A stretch of DNA of 64,000 nt from Octopus sinensis (GCF_006345805.1 NC_043004.1:8060001-8124000); one strand, 5' to 3'; shown: positions 1-15,193, counted from the first letter of the stretch. Program-made: numbers and translations. Notes: generated by a model not told the origin, from the letters alone.

Positions 1-717
1 GTTGATATGATGTTTCGTAATTCAGTGGAACAGATGCCGTTGTAATAGCAATACAAGAAGCAGAGTGGAGAATAGCGTGCTTGTAAATCAGCAATTATTT
101 CGTTAAGAAACAATGTGTCAGAGATTCAGTGGTTGAAGTCTGTGAGTGAAGCCTCGTTAAGAAATGGCCGCCGATATTTGTGTGTAGTAACAGTATTTCT
201 CTTATATTTTTCTATGTCTATGTGGATGTAACTTTTTCTTTCTTTCCTCTTCATCGTCTACACCTCTCTCTCCCTCCCTCGTTCAGTTTTTTTATAATCA
301 ACCACACAATATCTAACTCTTGAAGTAAACCGCTACTTCTTTCTACTTCTCCCAATCAAACTTTCATCTCTTCTTTCTATCATGTCACAAAAGTCTTAGA
401 GGAAGACGCTTTTGCACGCTCTTCTTCTGCCCGGCCTCCTCGAGAAACAGAACCTGAGCAGAACACAATTATAGACAGGAAGCCAGTTCATTGGCAGTTA
501 GGATGAAGTAGAAGTAGCGATAGCAGAAGTAAAAGCGGAAGTAGGAAGTTGTGGCCGCAATGTAACAACAAAGACGATAGCCAAAGGACAAATTAGATAA
601 GTGCAAGGAAACAGAAATGAAATCCAAGAATTTACTTCTTTTTACTATTGAGAAATTTAAAGCAAGGAAATTTGACAGAAAAATTAATCTCTCTCTCCCC
701 CTCTCTCTTTCTCTCTC

Positions 718-754
<37 letters not shown>

Positions 755-807
755 ATGTATGTGTGTGTATGCATATATAAGTATATATATATGCAAATAC
801 ATATGAA

Positions 808-1135
808 AACAGGGTGCGGTGAATAAATTGTCGTCTAAATTATGCAAAGATGAAAATAACACTGACATCTTATTTTAACAGATATAGTTACCAAACTTAC
901 ATAAAAATATCTTGAAATACTAAAGAGTAAATTTATTCAATAAAATCGCTATTGGTTCCAACCATGGTCTTCAGGTGAATACGGAATCTCCTGCACCTCT
1001 TCTGGACGGTTTAAGATGTAAATGCCGCCATAATATTTGCGTTCAGTTCATCTTTGGTGTTACAAGGAGTGTTGTTGGTCTCTTGCTCAACTCCATCCCA
1101 CACATAATAATCAAGGGGTTGCAGCCTGGGGTGAT
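808..1135 (-). mobile_element. Tc1/mariner-superfamily (maT/DD37D-like) transposon 3' remnant
   Basis: Minus-strand hand translation gives CNPLDYYVWDGVEQETNNTPCNTKDEL...RCRRFR...DFIE*, resembling the SPDLNPLDY..W C-terminus. A TIR-like CAGGGTG lies at ~810. Confidence 0.7.
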
Positions 1136-1284
1136 TCAGCATGGCCGCAGTCAGATGACTGAAACAAGTAATAGAATAAAAGGTTATATATAGATATATA
1201 TATATTTATATGTGTATGTGTGTGTGTGTGTGCGTGCGTGTGTGTGTGTATGTATACATATATATGTTTATATATACACGTTTA

Positions 1285-2300
1285 TTTTTAAACATAGTTC
1301 TCCTTGCGGTCCACTGACTTCTTCTAACGTTGTTGCAGTGATGAAACTTTCATCCTGTTGGTCAAAAAGGTCATTATCTGCAGATATGACGTCTTCATCC
1401 CTGCGAGATGCTGATTCCCAGCAAAGTGTTTTTCATTTTGCGGAGCAGATGATAGTCAGATGGAGAGGAAGGAGGGCGATCAGCTAGTTTATAACAAGAG
1501 CCCCTTTGTCAGTTTTCCTGGGCGTTTGGTCTTGATACGTTTTCCTAACCGCCTTAGCAAGTGGGCATAGTACTCGCCATTAACGTTGTGGCCCTTTTGA
1601 AGATAGTCAATGCGTTTTGCATCTTCCAAAACAGAAGCCATGAATTTTCATGCAGATAAATCGATCTAGGCCTTCTTTGGAGCAAATAAGGTGAGGTGTA
1701 TCCATTGCATGGATAATCTCTTTGTCTCTGACAAAGTCAATACTCATCTTGGCTTAGGAAACGTTCAAGGAAGCCAGCTGGATCTGCCTCAAACAATGTC
1801 ATATTTTTCCGTGCTGTGACCAAACTTGTTCGCTTTGAATGAAGCGTCTGATGACGTGGCACCCACCGAGCAGAAACCTTCATCATGCCAAGTTGAATGT
1901 GCAGAATATACTAGTAACATCGGCTATTTGATTTACAATCAATTCGCCTCTCCTCCATCATCATGTGGTGAACACAATCAATGGTTTTATCGATGATGGC
2001 AGTTACAGGACGTTCAGATCTTGGGTCATCTTCAAGACTCTCCAAAATTCAACTGCCCATCTTTGCACTGAAGGTAAAGCTGGAATGTCATCCCCCTAAT
2101 ATAGTAACCATATCAACATGAATATCTTGGAGGGGGCTAAACCCTTTTTCTGCAAGTACTTGGTAACACCACGATATCAAATTTTGTTGATTTCCAAGAG
2201 AAGTCGCTACTAGTTACTTTTGAAATCTTTAAAAAATTCAGAAGTCAGCTTCGCGGGAAGAAACACTGCAGTTATTAATAAGAGCTGCTCATGCAACAGA
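1285..2300 (-). pseudogene. Degenerate mariner (DD34D-type) transposase
   Basis: Minus-strand pieces include YRGVTKYLQKK, VQRWAVEF, EDDPRSERPVT, RFLSQDE and DEDVISA, broken by many stops and indels. Confidence 0.75.
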
Positions 2301-2873
2301 ACCAAGTGAAAAATCTACGAAATATTAGCGGTTTTAAACTTCAGAGGGAAACTTAATCAGACTTGGATCAAAGGTGCGCTTTCATATTGTGTATTTTCCA
2401 GGTCTTTCTTTTTTTATTATATTGCGATCAAATACAGATATAAAGATAAAAATGAAAATAAATTTTTGTAATGTAAACAATAACTGTTTTGTAATGCACT
2501 GCTTCATATAAAAAGAGCTTTTGAAACAAGATTTTTCAAGTGCAATTTTACCGATCATACGGCTATTCTTGCGCAGAAAAAATAAATTTTATTCAAGTAT
2601 ATGCTCTCGTAAGGAAATGTGTTGAGAGAAATATATACTATGACTGCACATGTGCACACACACACACATGCACACACACCTACACACGCACACGCACACA
2701 CGAACAGGCGCATACGTGCATATGCATGTGAACACGCCCATTGGCATTCTTGTACAAATATATTCATTTAAGATAGCATAATTCCCACACTCACACATAT
2801 ATATATATATCTTGATGCAGACATAGCTTCACTGCAGTATATTCACGGTTCAATGCACACACACACACACGCG

Positions 2874-2969
<96 letters not shown>

Positions 2970-3080
2970 GTGTGTGTTTCTTTGTGTGTGTGTACACACA
3001 GACACACAGATACACACACATACATATTTAAATATGCATATACATGTGTCTGTGTGTGTTCATATGTCTATATATGTTCA

Positions 3081-3132
<52 letters not shown>

Positions 3133-3179
3133 CATGGATACAAATATACATTCGCTCCAATGTATGCATGCATGCATTT

Positions 3180-3218
<39 letters not shown>

Positions 3219-3869
3219 AACACACACATATGATATATGTGTATGAAATATGCAAACACATACGTAACGTACAAACATGTATCTACACACATTTTCTATT
3301 CAAGCGTAACATACGAACGCCATATACGAAGGCAGACAAAATATTTTTAGACACATTCACAGATGCACACATAAATTAAGTCCACACAGAAACAGCATAT
3401 ACATTACCAAAGAAAGCATTAAGATTGTGAAATGCTTAAATATTTAATCCTATCAAAACAAAAGCATTTTCACTTTTGAGGCTGGAATAATGCAGACGAT
3501 AGAAAATGATGGATGCCAGATGCAGGGCTCCAGGGAAGACAGTGTTAAGATTATTTCATGATATGACAGAATTCTTTGACGTTTTCCAGTCGTCGAACTC
3601 TTGTTTTGGCCGATTGGTCACCTCCTACTGTACACTCGATAGCACTGGCCAAATATTTTACTGACCTCGCAGAGTTGCTCTGGGAGGATTTCATACACAA
3701 GAGGTAAAGTAAATGAAAATGAAAAAAAGCTATTTTGTTCGACGCTCTATCGATTACATATCTCTATACATCCAAGCAATCGCGAAAAAGGACACCCAAA
3801 TGACTGCCGTAAAGTCACTCAGATGCACACCGTTTTGAATGCCATTAGAAGGGAAAATAAGTCTCTAAG

Positions 3870-3914
<45 letters not shown>

Positions 3915-4319
3915 ACACACCACACACACACACACACACACGCACATGGCCGAAGCGGAACAGGAGCACCCACGAGTATGGAAAGTGTCACTGACGAGGT
4001 CACAGATGTGTAACGAAAGACTTCTGGACAATGGACATAAGATAACATAGGAACAGTAATAAACGAGTGAAGAACGAACATATAAAGGTGAGTGTTTATT
4101 TTGTGCCAAAAAGGAAAATGACTGTCCCGAAATGCAACAATATCTGTTTCAATACACGGTTTCACATCAGGAATCTTACGACACAATTTAATAAACGTGT
4201 GTGTGTGTATGTACATATATATCTAAGGCCAGTTACCAAGTTGCCATACGAGTAAGTAACCGAGATTACAACATTCTACCTGGCCCTTATACGGTTCAAG
4301 GGACAGAAATTTTGAGAGA

Positions 4320-4497
4320 GGGCCAATTCAATTCTATCGATCTCTGTGCTTCGCAAGTAAGGACTTATTTTGTCGACCCCAAAGGGATGAAAAGTCAAGT
4401 TGATCTCGATCAGATTTGACCTCAGTGCGTAAAGATCTGGAAGAAATGTCGCTAAGTCTTTTGTCCGACGTCTTAACGATTCTGGCACTTTGCCACT
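4320..4497 (-). mobile_element. Diverged SINE family A copy
   Basis: Diverged match to the SINE A head and core (TCGACCCC..GGATGAAA on the plus strand). Confidence 0.6.
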
Positions 4498-4705
4498 TTT
4501 ATTTGAAACTATTAGACATTACCACTTTTCTTTTTCTTATACTACGTGTGTCATTTCTCCACAACTTGGCTTTTAATTCACGTAATTCATAACTGAATAC
4601 CTTCTTACTAATTTGCATTGGTATCCCGTCAACGATATACAGAATCTCAGTGTCTGTTCAGGCGCTGGTTTTCTAATTACCTTTCTTTTATTTATCTATT
4701 CTACC

Positions 4706-4741
<36 letters not shown>

Positions 4742-5545
4742 CCTCTTTTTTCAATTTTGTTTCCATTTCTTGCCGAGTGTCTTCCCGACACCTAGGGCAA
4801 AGAAACTTACTGTATACTTGGCAGGCCATTAAAATAAACATACCAGATTGCTCATTTACAAAGTCATGTGGTAGAAAAAAGGGGAAGAAAGAATGAAAAA
4901 AGAAAGAAGAGAAAATAGAAAAAATAGGTAAAATAAAAAAGCAAAGAAAATATAGGAGTAATAGAAAAGAAAATTCACAGCGGAAATGTTCTTCTTAATA
5001 TGTGTGACGTAGCAGTTAAGACAATTTTTTGCACATTCTGCATGAATGGTAAGCCCGGGATCATTCTTAAATAATTTTCAGTTCCTTTTTTGATTATTCC
5101 CGATGCTCTTACAATCACTGGTGTTGTAACCATCTTGAGATGCCACATATTTTCGATTTCAATCAGTAAATGTTTATATTTTCTGAGCTTATGAAATAAT
5201 TTTGTCGAAGTATTATGATCACAGGGTTTGCACGTGTCAATCAATAAACTGAATTTATTGTTTTGGTCTTTCACAACCATATCTGGTTTAATTGATTTGA
5301 TGGTCCGATCTGTATATGCTGGAATCGTTACATTTTCTCCCTCAGTTACAACCTCAGGCTGGTGCTTTTACCATTTGTGAGCAGTTTTGATTTTATAATC
5401 CCGATGTATTAACCAGTGTAGATATCGGCCAACTCTGTCATGTCTTAATTTATACTCTACAGGTGCTAAAACTTTACAAACAGAAATTAGGTGGTCCATT
5501 GTTACAATCTCATCATTGCAGTATTAGCACTTTGGGTCTACTCAA
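4742..5545 (-). mobile_element. R4/Dong-like non-LTR retrotransposon 3' fragment (CCHC finger + restriction-like endonuclease)
   Basis: ORF 4975-5280 (DMVVKD..LLID..KYKHL.IEI..MWHL..VIV..G) with upstream C..C..DHLISVC and RHDRV motifs. The 3' UTR ends at a (TAA)n tract at 4709-4740. Confidence 0.85.
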
Positions 5546-5564
5546 TTTACATCACTTATTATCA

Positions 5565-5885
5565 TTATTGAGTGAAGAGAGCAGTACATGCCATCAAAGT
5601 GGTACTGGGATAAAATATACAAGGCCCAGTACACCATCATGACTACCCGTCTGATAAAGGTACACCGGACCCATGCATCACAACCATATGTGTGCGAGAT
5701 TGTGATCTCGTATCAAAATAAACAGCGCATGACCTTGCAAGTGGGGCCCAGTTAGAATTTTCTTCAAGTCGAGTAGCCCATACCAGGTCCCTGATTAAGG
5801 CTTGTTTAAGGATGTTGAACAAAACACCTATGTTTCCAGAGGTGAATTATTTAAACCCTAGAGAATTCCTATCAACATATAGCTG
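5565..5885 (-). mobile_element. Dispersed repeat (probable LINE 3' UTR) ending in a TAA/TGA-type repeat
   Basis: Reverse-complement homolog of 28485-28720. Confidence 0.6.
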
Positions 5886-5899
5886 TGAGACGCATTTTT

Positions 5900-6016
5900 G
5901 CGTCTCGGCTAGTGGCGTACATTGGCTGATAATATGCCATACAATTTCACCGTTTTGTCCACAGATTCTGCACTTATCACTTTCTGCTGTGTTGTCTATT
6001 CTTAGGCAGCACAGAT
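5900..6016 (-). mobile_element. R4-like LINE fragment (CCHC zinc finger)
   Basis: IDNTAESDKCRICGQNGEIVWHIISQC, homologous to 44290-44380. Confidence 0.75.
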
Positions 6017-6094
6017 TCTTCTTCTTCTTCTTCTTCTTCTTCTTCTTCTTCTTCTTCTTCTTCTTCTTCTTCTCCTCCTCCTCCTCCTCCTCCG

Positions 6095-6134
<40 letters not shown>

Positions 6135-6139
6135 TAATC

Positions 6140-6322
6140 TCTCTCAGCAGGCCAACAGAAGAAAGAGCGAGAGAAAGTTGTGGCGAAAGAGTACAGCAGG
6201 GAATCGCCACCATCCCCTGCTGGAGCCTCGTGGAGCTTTAGGTGTTTTCGCTCAATAAACACTCACAACACCCAGTCTAGGAATCGAAACCGCGATCCTA
6301 TAACCGCGAGTCCGCTGCTCTA
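6140..6322 (-). mobile_element. SINE family C, partial
   Basis: Matches 6770-6925. Confidence 0.7.
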
Positions 6323-6579
6323 TCGTTTAAATTATTTGGAATCTTCATGTGAGGAAAGAGATGGTTTCTACCAAAGATACAAAGAACCGTCATTGGAATA
6401 TAGATAAAAACAAACACATTTTAAACTTCAGAAAATTTTGCATACTTTTACTGCTCGCTTACAGATTGTATTTTTAATGGTTCATGTTGCCTTGATGAAT
6501 TCTTTCTGTGAAAACCCTAGTTTATCCAGATTGTCACTTAGGCATTTGCTCACAAAACCAAGTGCACCAACTTCCTTCC

Positions 6580-6950
6580 TTTCACTCCGTCGGTTACGAC
6601 GATGAGGGTTCCGGTTGATCCAAATCAACGGAACAGCCTGCTCGTGAAATTAACGTGTAAGTGGCTGAGCACTCCACAGACACGTGTACCCTTAACGTAG
6701 TTCTCGGGGATATGCAGCGTGACACAGAGCGTGACAAGGCCGGCCCTTTGAAATACAGGTACAACAGAAACAGGAAGTAAGAGTGAGAGAAAGAGTACAT
6801 CAGGGATCACCACCATCCTCTGCCGGAGCCTCGTGGAGCTTTTAGGTGTTTTCGCTCAATAAACACTCACAACGCCCGGTCTGGGAATCGAAACCGCGAT
6901 CCTATGACCGCGAGTCCGCTGCCCTAACCACTGGGCCATTGCGCCTCCAC
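6580..6950 (-). mobile_element. tRNA-derived SINE family C, full-length
   Basis: Minus-strand head GGCGCAATGGCCCAGTGGTTAGG (A box) ... GGTTTCGATTCCC (B box). A diverged copy lies at 52728-53030. Confidence 0.8.
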
Positions 6951-7399
6951 ACTAACGCCAACTATTATTGTTATAAATGTGTATACAAAAGCTGGAGATT
7001 TCCAAGCAATTTTTGTCCGTTCTTATCCTTCTTCCCTTTGATTTTCAAACAAATATTCCCTTCAGCAGGGCAGCTAATCTCTATAACGGTACACATTTTT
7101 TCCTTGTTTCTCCCAACTTCAATTCGTCTGCCCAAACAATTCTTAGTTGTGTGTGTGTGTGTGTGTGTGTGTTGTATGTTTTCCTATATACATTTATGAA
7201 TGTGTTTCTACATCCGCGTATGCATGTGTTAATACTTGTGTCTGTGTATAGGTGTGTTGGCGTTCCTTTACACTTTTATTTCTCGGTGTATTTATGCTTA
7301 TTTTTATACAAGTATTCTTGTTGTTTCTCTGCGCGTAATGTATGAGTGTACAGATAGATATCTCAGATTGGTTGTATCTATTTGTATGTGAATGCGTAT

Positions 7400-7747
7400 A
7401 TTTTTCGTTATTGCCCACAAGGGGATAAACATAGACGAGACAAACAAGGACAGACAAAGGGATTAAGTCGATTACATCGACCCCAGTGCGAAACTGGTAC
7501 TTTATTTATCGACCCCGAAAGGATGAAAGGCAAAGTATTTCTTTACTACCCACAAAGGGCTAAACACAGGAGGGACAAACAAGGGCAGACAAACGGATTA
7601 AGTCGAATATCGTACTTAGTTAATCGACCCCGAAAGGATGAAAGGCAAAGTCGACCTCTGCGGAATTTGAACTCAGAACGTAACGGCAGACGAAATACCG
7701 CTAAGCATTTCGCCCGGCGTGCTAACGATTCTGCCAGTTCGCCGCCC
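7400..7747 (-). mobile_element. SINE family A, two nested or tandem units
   Basis: Head, core and tail, with the tail unit duplicated. Confidence 0.85.
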
Positions 7748-8518
7748 ATTTTGTATATGAATGTGTATATCTTATATGTACACTCTTGTATGTAAATGTA
7801 CTATGTGTGTACGTGCTGTGTGGATTGCCGTGCGTGTGTGTCTGTGTGTGTATGAATGTAGGCATATGTGCAGGAGGATTTGTGCCAGCAGTTTTATATT
7901 TGCATGCCATTGCCGGAGTATATTTGTGTTTGGTGAGTCTCTTTACGGGTTTGCCTTCTTACACATATTCTGTACTTATTGAGAACCTGACGCTAGAATC
8001 CGCTCACGTGTTCGTCTCGGTATTATCTCTCTATCTGCACATTTCTATGTTTACAGCTTTTTTTTCTGTACGTTCCTATTCACATCTGCTGCTGCTGCTC
8101 GTCTCTGCATTTGTGTCTAAGGCTGCTTCATTTTGCCTGCCTTTCTCAACTCTCCTCCTGATTCTTTTTATATTCGTCCTTGTTTCTTATTCTATACGCA
8201 TTGGTCGCTTTCTCTGCCTTACTCCCTCACCTGATATACACATGGCCACTGGCATTTTTATGCCATTATTTCTCTACATTTCCACCTACAGAATTATTTA
8301 GACTCGTTTACGACCCACTTTTTAAATATTTTCCCTACTACCTCTGTTCATTAATATATTCTTTCTCAGGACATCCGTGTTGATTATTATCTCCCTTGCA
8401 ACAACCCTTCAACTTCCTGTTAGTTTCTTCTGAGTTGTTTCCTGTTTGCCAAAAATCGAAATAAATTTATAGCGCGCTAAACAGCGCTTCTGGATAATTT
8501 GAAATGTAAGGTATAAGT

Positions 8519-8717
8519 TCTTCTTCTTCTTCTTCTTCTTCTTCTTCTTCTTCTTCTTCTTCTTCTTCTTCTTCTTCTTCTTCTTCTTCTTCTTCTTCTT
8601 CTTCTTCTCTTCTTCTTCTTCTTCTTCTTCTTCTTCTTCTTCTTCTTCTTCTTCTTCTTCTTCTTCTTCTTCTTCTTCTTCTTCTTCTTCTTCTTCTTCT
8701 TCTTCTTCTTCTTCTTC
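8519..8717 (+). repeat. (CTT)n microsatellite, ~200 bp
   Basis: Seen directly. A shorter tract is at 6017-6092. Confidence 0.97.
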
Positions 8718-9043
8718 ACTTGAATGAACATACAGTTTCTGCCTCTTCTGAAAAGTATAAAAATGGCTGTTACAGGCTTTATCTCGGTGGAGGGCTGAAA
8801 CCCGGGCTCCGCGAAAAGCTTTTCATCAGAACACCTATCTTTCATCCGCAGAAGAATTATTAGTTCATAGTTAATCATAGAGAATGAATTAGAACTCAGC
8901 TGCCGTGTTCAGTCTAATTCACATTGCAGAACAGACACTGACAACACGAATATTCTACTCACAGAAAATTAAAAACCTATCGCATAACAACCTTGTTTTC
9001 TTGTCACAGTTAAAGCTATCCTTTTTATTACATCGATATACCT

Positions 9044-9274
9044 ATTTCTTTACTACCCACAAGCGGCTAAACACAGAGAGGACAAACAAGGACAGACAAA
9101 CGGATTAAATCGATTATATCGACCCCCAGTGCGTAACTGGTACTTATTTAATCGACCCCGAAAGGATGAAAGGCAAAGTCGACCTAGGTGGAATTTGAAC
9201 TCAGAACGTAACGGCAGACGAAATACCGCTAAGCATTTCGCCCGGCGTGCTAACGTTTCTGCCAGCTCGCCGCC
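9044..9274 (-). mobile_element. SINE family A with ~20-bp TSD
   Basis: tRNA-like head, core GCCTTTCATCCTTTCGGGGTCGAT (resembles the Meta-SINE core, from memory) and tail. TTTTATTACATCGATATACCT occurs on both flanks. Confidence 0.9.
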
Positions 9275-12200
9275 TTTTATTACATCGATATACCTTAAAC
9301 CGAAAACTATAAGCGCTGTGTTGTAGTTCTCTATGAATTAATGTTTTATTGCTGATGTTGTACAGAGATTCTGATGGCTGTGATACACTGAAGAAAATAA
9401 ATGGAATCTTGCTGTGAAAATGATAGACATGGTTAAAGGAGGGACAAGATCTGAAAATGTGAGTCATCAAAATCATGGACTACATACAATAATATTCAAT
9501 AAGGCTACACAAGAAAAGGTGGCGTTGGGCGCACACACACACACACATAAGACACATACCCCCCCACACACAAACACAAACATACACACATAGACACCCA
9601 CACAAAGACACAGGCACATACACACATACATGCACATACACTGACACACCCACATACACATACACACACAAAAGACACATACCCGCATACACACATACAA
9701 CACATGCACGCACACACACATACGCAGACACGCGCACACATAAGTTTATTGGTAGTTTTAGCATCACAGCTCACAGCTCCTTTCCACACAACCCCTCCGT
9801 CCACCAAAGCCTCCATTATTAAAAGGTAATAAAAGTCGCCTCACTGTTTTATGGAGACCATTCCTCGGTAGAAAATTTGTTTCCCTTCAATCCACATGAG
9901 GGCGCTAAGTGGATGAATGAATTCATCAGCTTAAGCATGTCAGTTTACATTTCTCTAAGAACCGAAGCCAATAACTGAAAAATCTCGCAGCTGTGCCGCA
10001 GTAGTAAGAACAAACAACATTACAATTCCAGGAGATGTTGCACACCATAACAGTCTTCGAAAATTTTGCTTACTACTCCCGTACCGTCAGGATGCAAAGG
10101 GTTCCGCTGCGCATCGTGTAGATTCTAAGCAGCCCTGGCTTTGCAGGTACAGTAGCTAATGTAGTTTCTTTCCAAGAGAGTTTCTACTAACGTTGCAGAA
10201 CCCTTCTATCGATTATTCCACAACCAAGACGATTCTATTAATAGCACTTTTGTAGAAAACACTTCCACTTTTACTTCTTGCATCGTCTGGAACATGCCAG
10301 AACTCATAGAAAATAAGAAAACGCTTTTGTAACGGAGATGAGCCTCGTAAAGTTGAAGAAGTAATCAAGGAAATATCAGTAATTTGTTTTCTGTGATTAC
10401 TTCAACTTTACACACGATTATACAGACACAGGAGACAGGGAGAACAAAAATCGAAATAGGTAGATAGATGTCTTGGATTTACCTGTCCCTGGGACGTAGG
10501 CGTCTTAGTATAAGCAACTCAAAATGCTCAAATGGTCTGGAGGTCGATCTTTTACTAAACACAAAGTTAACAACATAAATTGGAATGTTATCATCAATCC
10601 GAATATGCTTGATGCGTGTTCGATCCCACCCCCCCGTAAAATAAATTGTGTTGGACTCATTGTTTTTTGGTAGAAAACATACGCACACAAACACACATAC
10701 AATCATACATCCACAAATAACCATACACACACACATAGACATAAACATGCATACATACCCACGCACAAGACTGCAGAAAAATGGAAAATACTTCGGAGCG
10801 ATTAACCTTTTCTTGGAACCTTACATAAGTTATTAAATATTTGACAAGAATTTCAGTTTTTTTCCCTCAATGCGTATACGCTCCATTACAAACCCTAATT
10901 AGCATCACTGCTTGAGTAAATTAATTAATACGAACGTTGATAAATATATATATAAGGTTGCATTTTGATCCCTTTTCCCTGAGAGACCTCGATGGTTATA
11001 TAATGTAACTTCCAACATTCTCACCATTCACATCTTTATCCTCATCAACGTCTGCGATGCCCAAATTATCGAATCCATTCATTCATTTTTTTCGCCGTCT
11101 AATTCTAATTATCACTTTCTGCCGTGGGGACTCGATATGCTACAAGTAGCTGCCAATTTCTCCCTTAAATCAAGAAGGACAGTTCGGATTTTATCGTCCT
11201 GGCACACTGTCTGTGTTCGGAGAGTATTATGATAAATGAGGAGATCGTTACGACTAGATAACTTTTGAACTTAGGACAGTTTGATCAGGGCCGAACTGGG
11301 GTTATACAACAACAACAACAACAACAGTTGCAGCAATTGATACCAAAACTCCACAAACAATTCCAGTATTTCATATTCAGTATTGCTGCTCTGCTTAAGA
11401 GTTCTGTACAGTTGCGACCTCAAGGAAACCGACAGAAAACTAAAGCAGTTCTAACATTTTTATAGAGCTGCAGACCTTTGACGCGTTGTGTGCAGTTGAA
11501 GATTAAACAAAATAAAAATGAACTTTCTCTATTAATCTATTTCGTAATTACATTCAACATGTGTGAATTTACAACTGTGTAAACAATTTTACTTCGGTCA
11601 TCTGCTTTCCTTCCAAATTTAAATGAAATTAATTTAATTTAATTCAAGACAGATTTTTAAAGGTTTATTTTATTATATAAATATTAAAGTAACAATTGTC
11701 CTTATTTCCTTAAATATCAGAATTATATATTTTACTACTTAAATTTATTCCCAAACTATTTGCTGTCTGACATGCAGTTTCAAATGTTTATATTACAAAG
11801 AAGCCGTTTCATACACGTATATTGGGATATTTTAAAATAAACATGTTCTAGCAGAAAAACCGCCTTCTGGACGGTTTCCTGCTAGTCACTAAATATTTAC
11901 ACATCTGATTCCTAATTTGTATCATTTTTTCTGATAGGTTATGTCTAGCTTTCCTTTGAACACTTTATTGGCCTAAAAATGCGCATTCGCTCAGTGAGCT
12001 TTTCTTTCCTTATTTTATCACAATCTTAATCTTTTGCTTTTAAACAAACTCAGAGATAGTCCACGTGGCCGTTTATTGTGCTAGAAATAGTAGGAATCAT
12101 GTGGATATATTTTAAACCAACAAATTCATCTGCGATTTTTTTCCCCATTAGGCCGGTATAGCGATTTCAGATACCTCTCTCCCATTCAGCTGATCTTCCT

Positions 12201-12426
12201 GTAACTTAAAATGCTGTCCCAAATCTTCGCCGCATTTATGACAAACAGAGCATATTTTCTGTGTTTGTGTATGCGTTAGGCACACGTGTTTAAATCACAG
12301 AGAAAGAGTTTCAGGCTTCCAAGCTGTTGGTTTAAGTTGAAGAAGTGGCAGGGAAACAGTATAAATATATTTTCTGAATGATAATTGCGAATGAATATAT
12401 TTCGTTTTTCTCGGGTTTCTGTTTTG

Positions 12427-12476
<50 letters not shown>

Positions 12477-12813
12477 CCTTGTTTGTTATTAAAAAAATAT
12501 TAAAAAAACTTGCAGACTCAGAATCTCTGATGTTCAAAGTGTTTTTTTAATGGCATTATGAAAATGTTAGAGACTGAAAAAAAAATCATATCGAGAAACT
12601 TGCTGTTGTTTCTAACTTATTTATTTTCTGTCACTTTATATATTTATACTGAAATATCAATGCTAAAATGTAGTAATAAGCTAAACTGTATTGACACAGA
12701 ACTACAGATGTACAGAGATGGGAAATGATATTTTTTATTCCCGTTAATCGTATGAACGGCCATACCACGAACGCTGGAAGTTTCAGCAAAGGAATTAATA
12801 ATTGGAAATACAT

Positions 12814-12844
<31 letters not shown>

Positions 12845-13114
12845 GCGAGAGAGAAGGGGAGAGATAACCAGGCAGTAGTAGGACTGTCTTGCTGCTTAAG
12901 GTTTCCATAAACATTTAGCCGAAAAAAAAGAAATAGTAAAAAAAGTACATTTTGATAAAAAATACATTAAAATTGAAATCCTAAATTAATTTCTAGACAA
13001 TGGCGAATTTAGTAATTGCTTTCTTTCAGTAAAAGTTACATAATTCTGATTAATTAATAAGCAGAATATTCCTCATTATAGTATGTATGCATGTGTGTAT
13101 ATATATATATATAT

Positions 13115-13147
<33 letters not shown>

Positions 13148-14167
13148 ATATATACATACATATATATAAACATATATATGTGTATATATATAATATATAT
13201 ATATATATATTATATATATATATATACATATATACACATATATACACACACACATATATATATAGATATACATATATATACACAGATATCTACACACACA
13301 CATATATATATAGATATACATATATATACACATATATATACACACACACATATATATACACGTATACACTCCCCCTCCCACACGCACACATCTATCTTTT
13401 CCAAAGCTCAAAGACGTATTATTTTCTTCTTAATGAGCTAAATCTAGTGCGATGCTGAAAACGACCCAGAACGACAGACATAATTTTGTTATATGAACAA
13501 ATAGACAAAAAACTAGGGCCGAACCTTTTTATATTTCAAGTCTGCATTGAGCAAAGTGTAATCTAATAAGATCGCATTAAAATATGTTATTATATAAACG
13601 GGAAAATTTAATTCCTAATTACATTTATTGTGAAAATGTAATTATAAATATTAATGTAAGAAATTTAAATGTAAATTGACCTTTCAACATTTTGTTTTTG
13701 AGATTAAGAACATTAAGCTAATACTATGCACTCAACAAAAATATATTTCTTACGCAAAATCCAGACGTATTCCTGAAGACCGCACTTAAGGCCCTCGAAG
13801 GTTGCTTGGTCCCCACCCCTGTCCTCAACGAATAATTTTCTGGCAATATTTCTATATTCATGTGACTTGTCCATAACAGTTTATACTGGGTCAGTAACAA
13901 TCATCACAACTCAGAGAAATAGGTCAATTTATAAATAATCGCTGAATTAATGGAATTTTTTTTTCTCTCGAGGAATATAAAATTACAGAATTAATAACTT
14001 TGTTAATGAAAAATGGTCGTGTCTTGCTAGCACCGTTGTTTAATGTTTTTAATGATAAAAAGTAAAAAAAAAAAAGCAGTCTTAGTGGTCCCTGTCTCTG
14101 TGATCTAAATTAAGAACTCAGTTGGTAATGATTGGGACACCTTTAACCATATATTTATCTTCAATAG

Positions 14168-14398
14168 GGCGGCGCGCTGGAATAAACGTTAGTACGCCGG
14201 GCGAAATGCTTAGCGGTATTTCGTCTGCCGTTACGTTCTGAGTTCAAATTCCGCCGAGGTCGACTTTGCCTTTTATCCTTTCGGGGTCGATAAATTAAGT
14301 ACCAGTTATGCACTGAGGTCGATATAATCAACTTAATCTCAATGTCTGTCCTTGTTTGTCCCCTCTATATTTAACCCCCTGTGGGCAATAAAGAAATA
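14168..14398 (+). mobile_element. SINE family A with TSD
   Basis: Full head, core and tail. TATCTTCAATAGG occurs on both flanks. Confidence 0.9.
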
Positions 14399-15146
14399 TA
14401 TCTTCAATAGGACTGACCCGGGGCTAAACGTTAATACCAATCTCTTGTCAGGAAAAGTAAAGTAATTGACATAATCGATCGAAATCGATAACAAAAAGCG
14501 AATCAACAAAGGATGTTTCTAAAGTGCTTCACGAATGCTCGATAGTCAAAGTTTTGCCACTTTCTAAAAATAGATTTATTTCCACTAAAATACAAAGAAT
14601 TACGCCAATATAATTATGCCTGCACCCTACTGAGTTTTCGAGAAAGGAGATATGTCTTTAAGAAATTTGGGTCCACTAGGTATATCACTTTCAGTATGAC
14701 TTCCTGTCACGTGCTAGAAAATGTGCAGAGGGATCCCATTTGTTGGCCATACATATTTTCTTAACGCCATCTTAGATGTATATACAGTGGGTTGAGGTTG
14801 TAGATTGTATGATTTTAAAAATCCATCTTTTTACTCAATTTCTGAAATTATGTGTAATTAAATATATGTCAACAATGAATATGGGCGTTCAAAGACACAA
14901 AAGTAATTAAATTCTTAAATTATAATTTCCCTTTCCCTGGGGGGGGGGGTACTTCAACATGTATTTTCTAGTGTGTTGACTGCAATGGTCGCTGAGATAA
15001 GAAGCATTTTTATTGGTTTATGAGACGAGGTTGCGATTTCGTTCGTTGTTGTTTGTTATGCAAGGCCAAGACATTTAACTCTACTTAAACGGCAATCAAA
15101 TTAATTACAAATGTATCACTGAGCACTCCTCTGGATCTGATTAGCC

Positions 15147-15193
<47 letters not shown>

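Noticed and set aside
6870-6950. tRNA genes
   Set aside because: The tRNA-like segments are SINE heads that continue into shared SINE bodies and do not form a complete cloverleaf.
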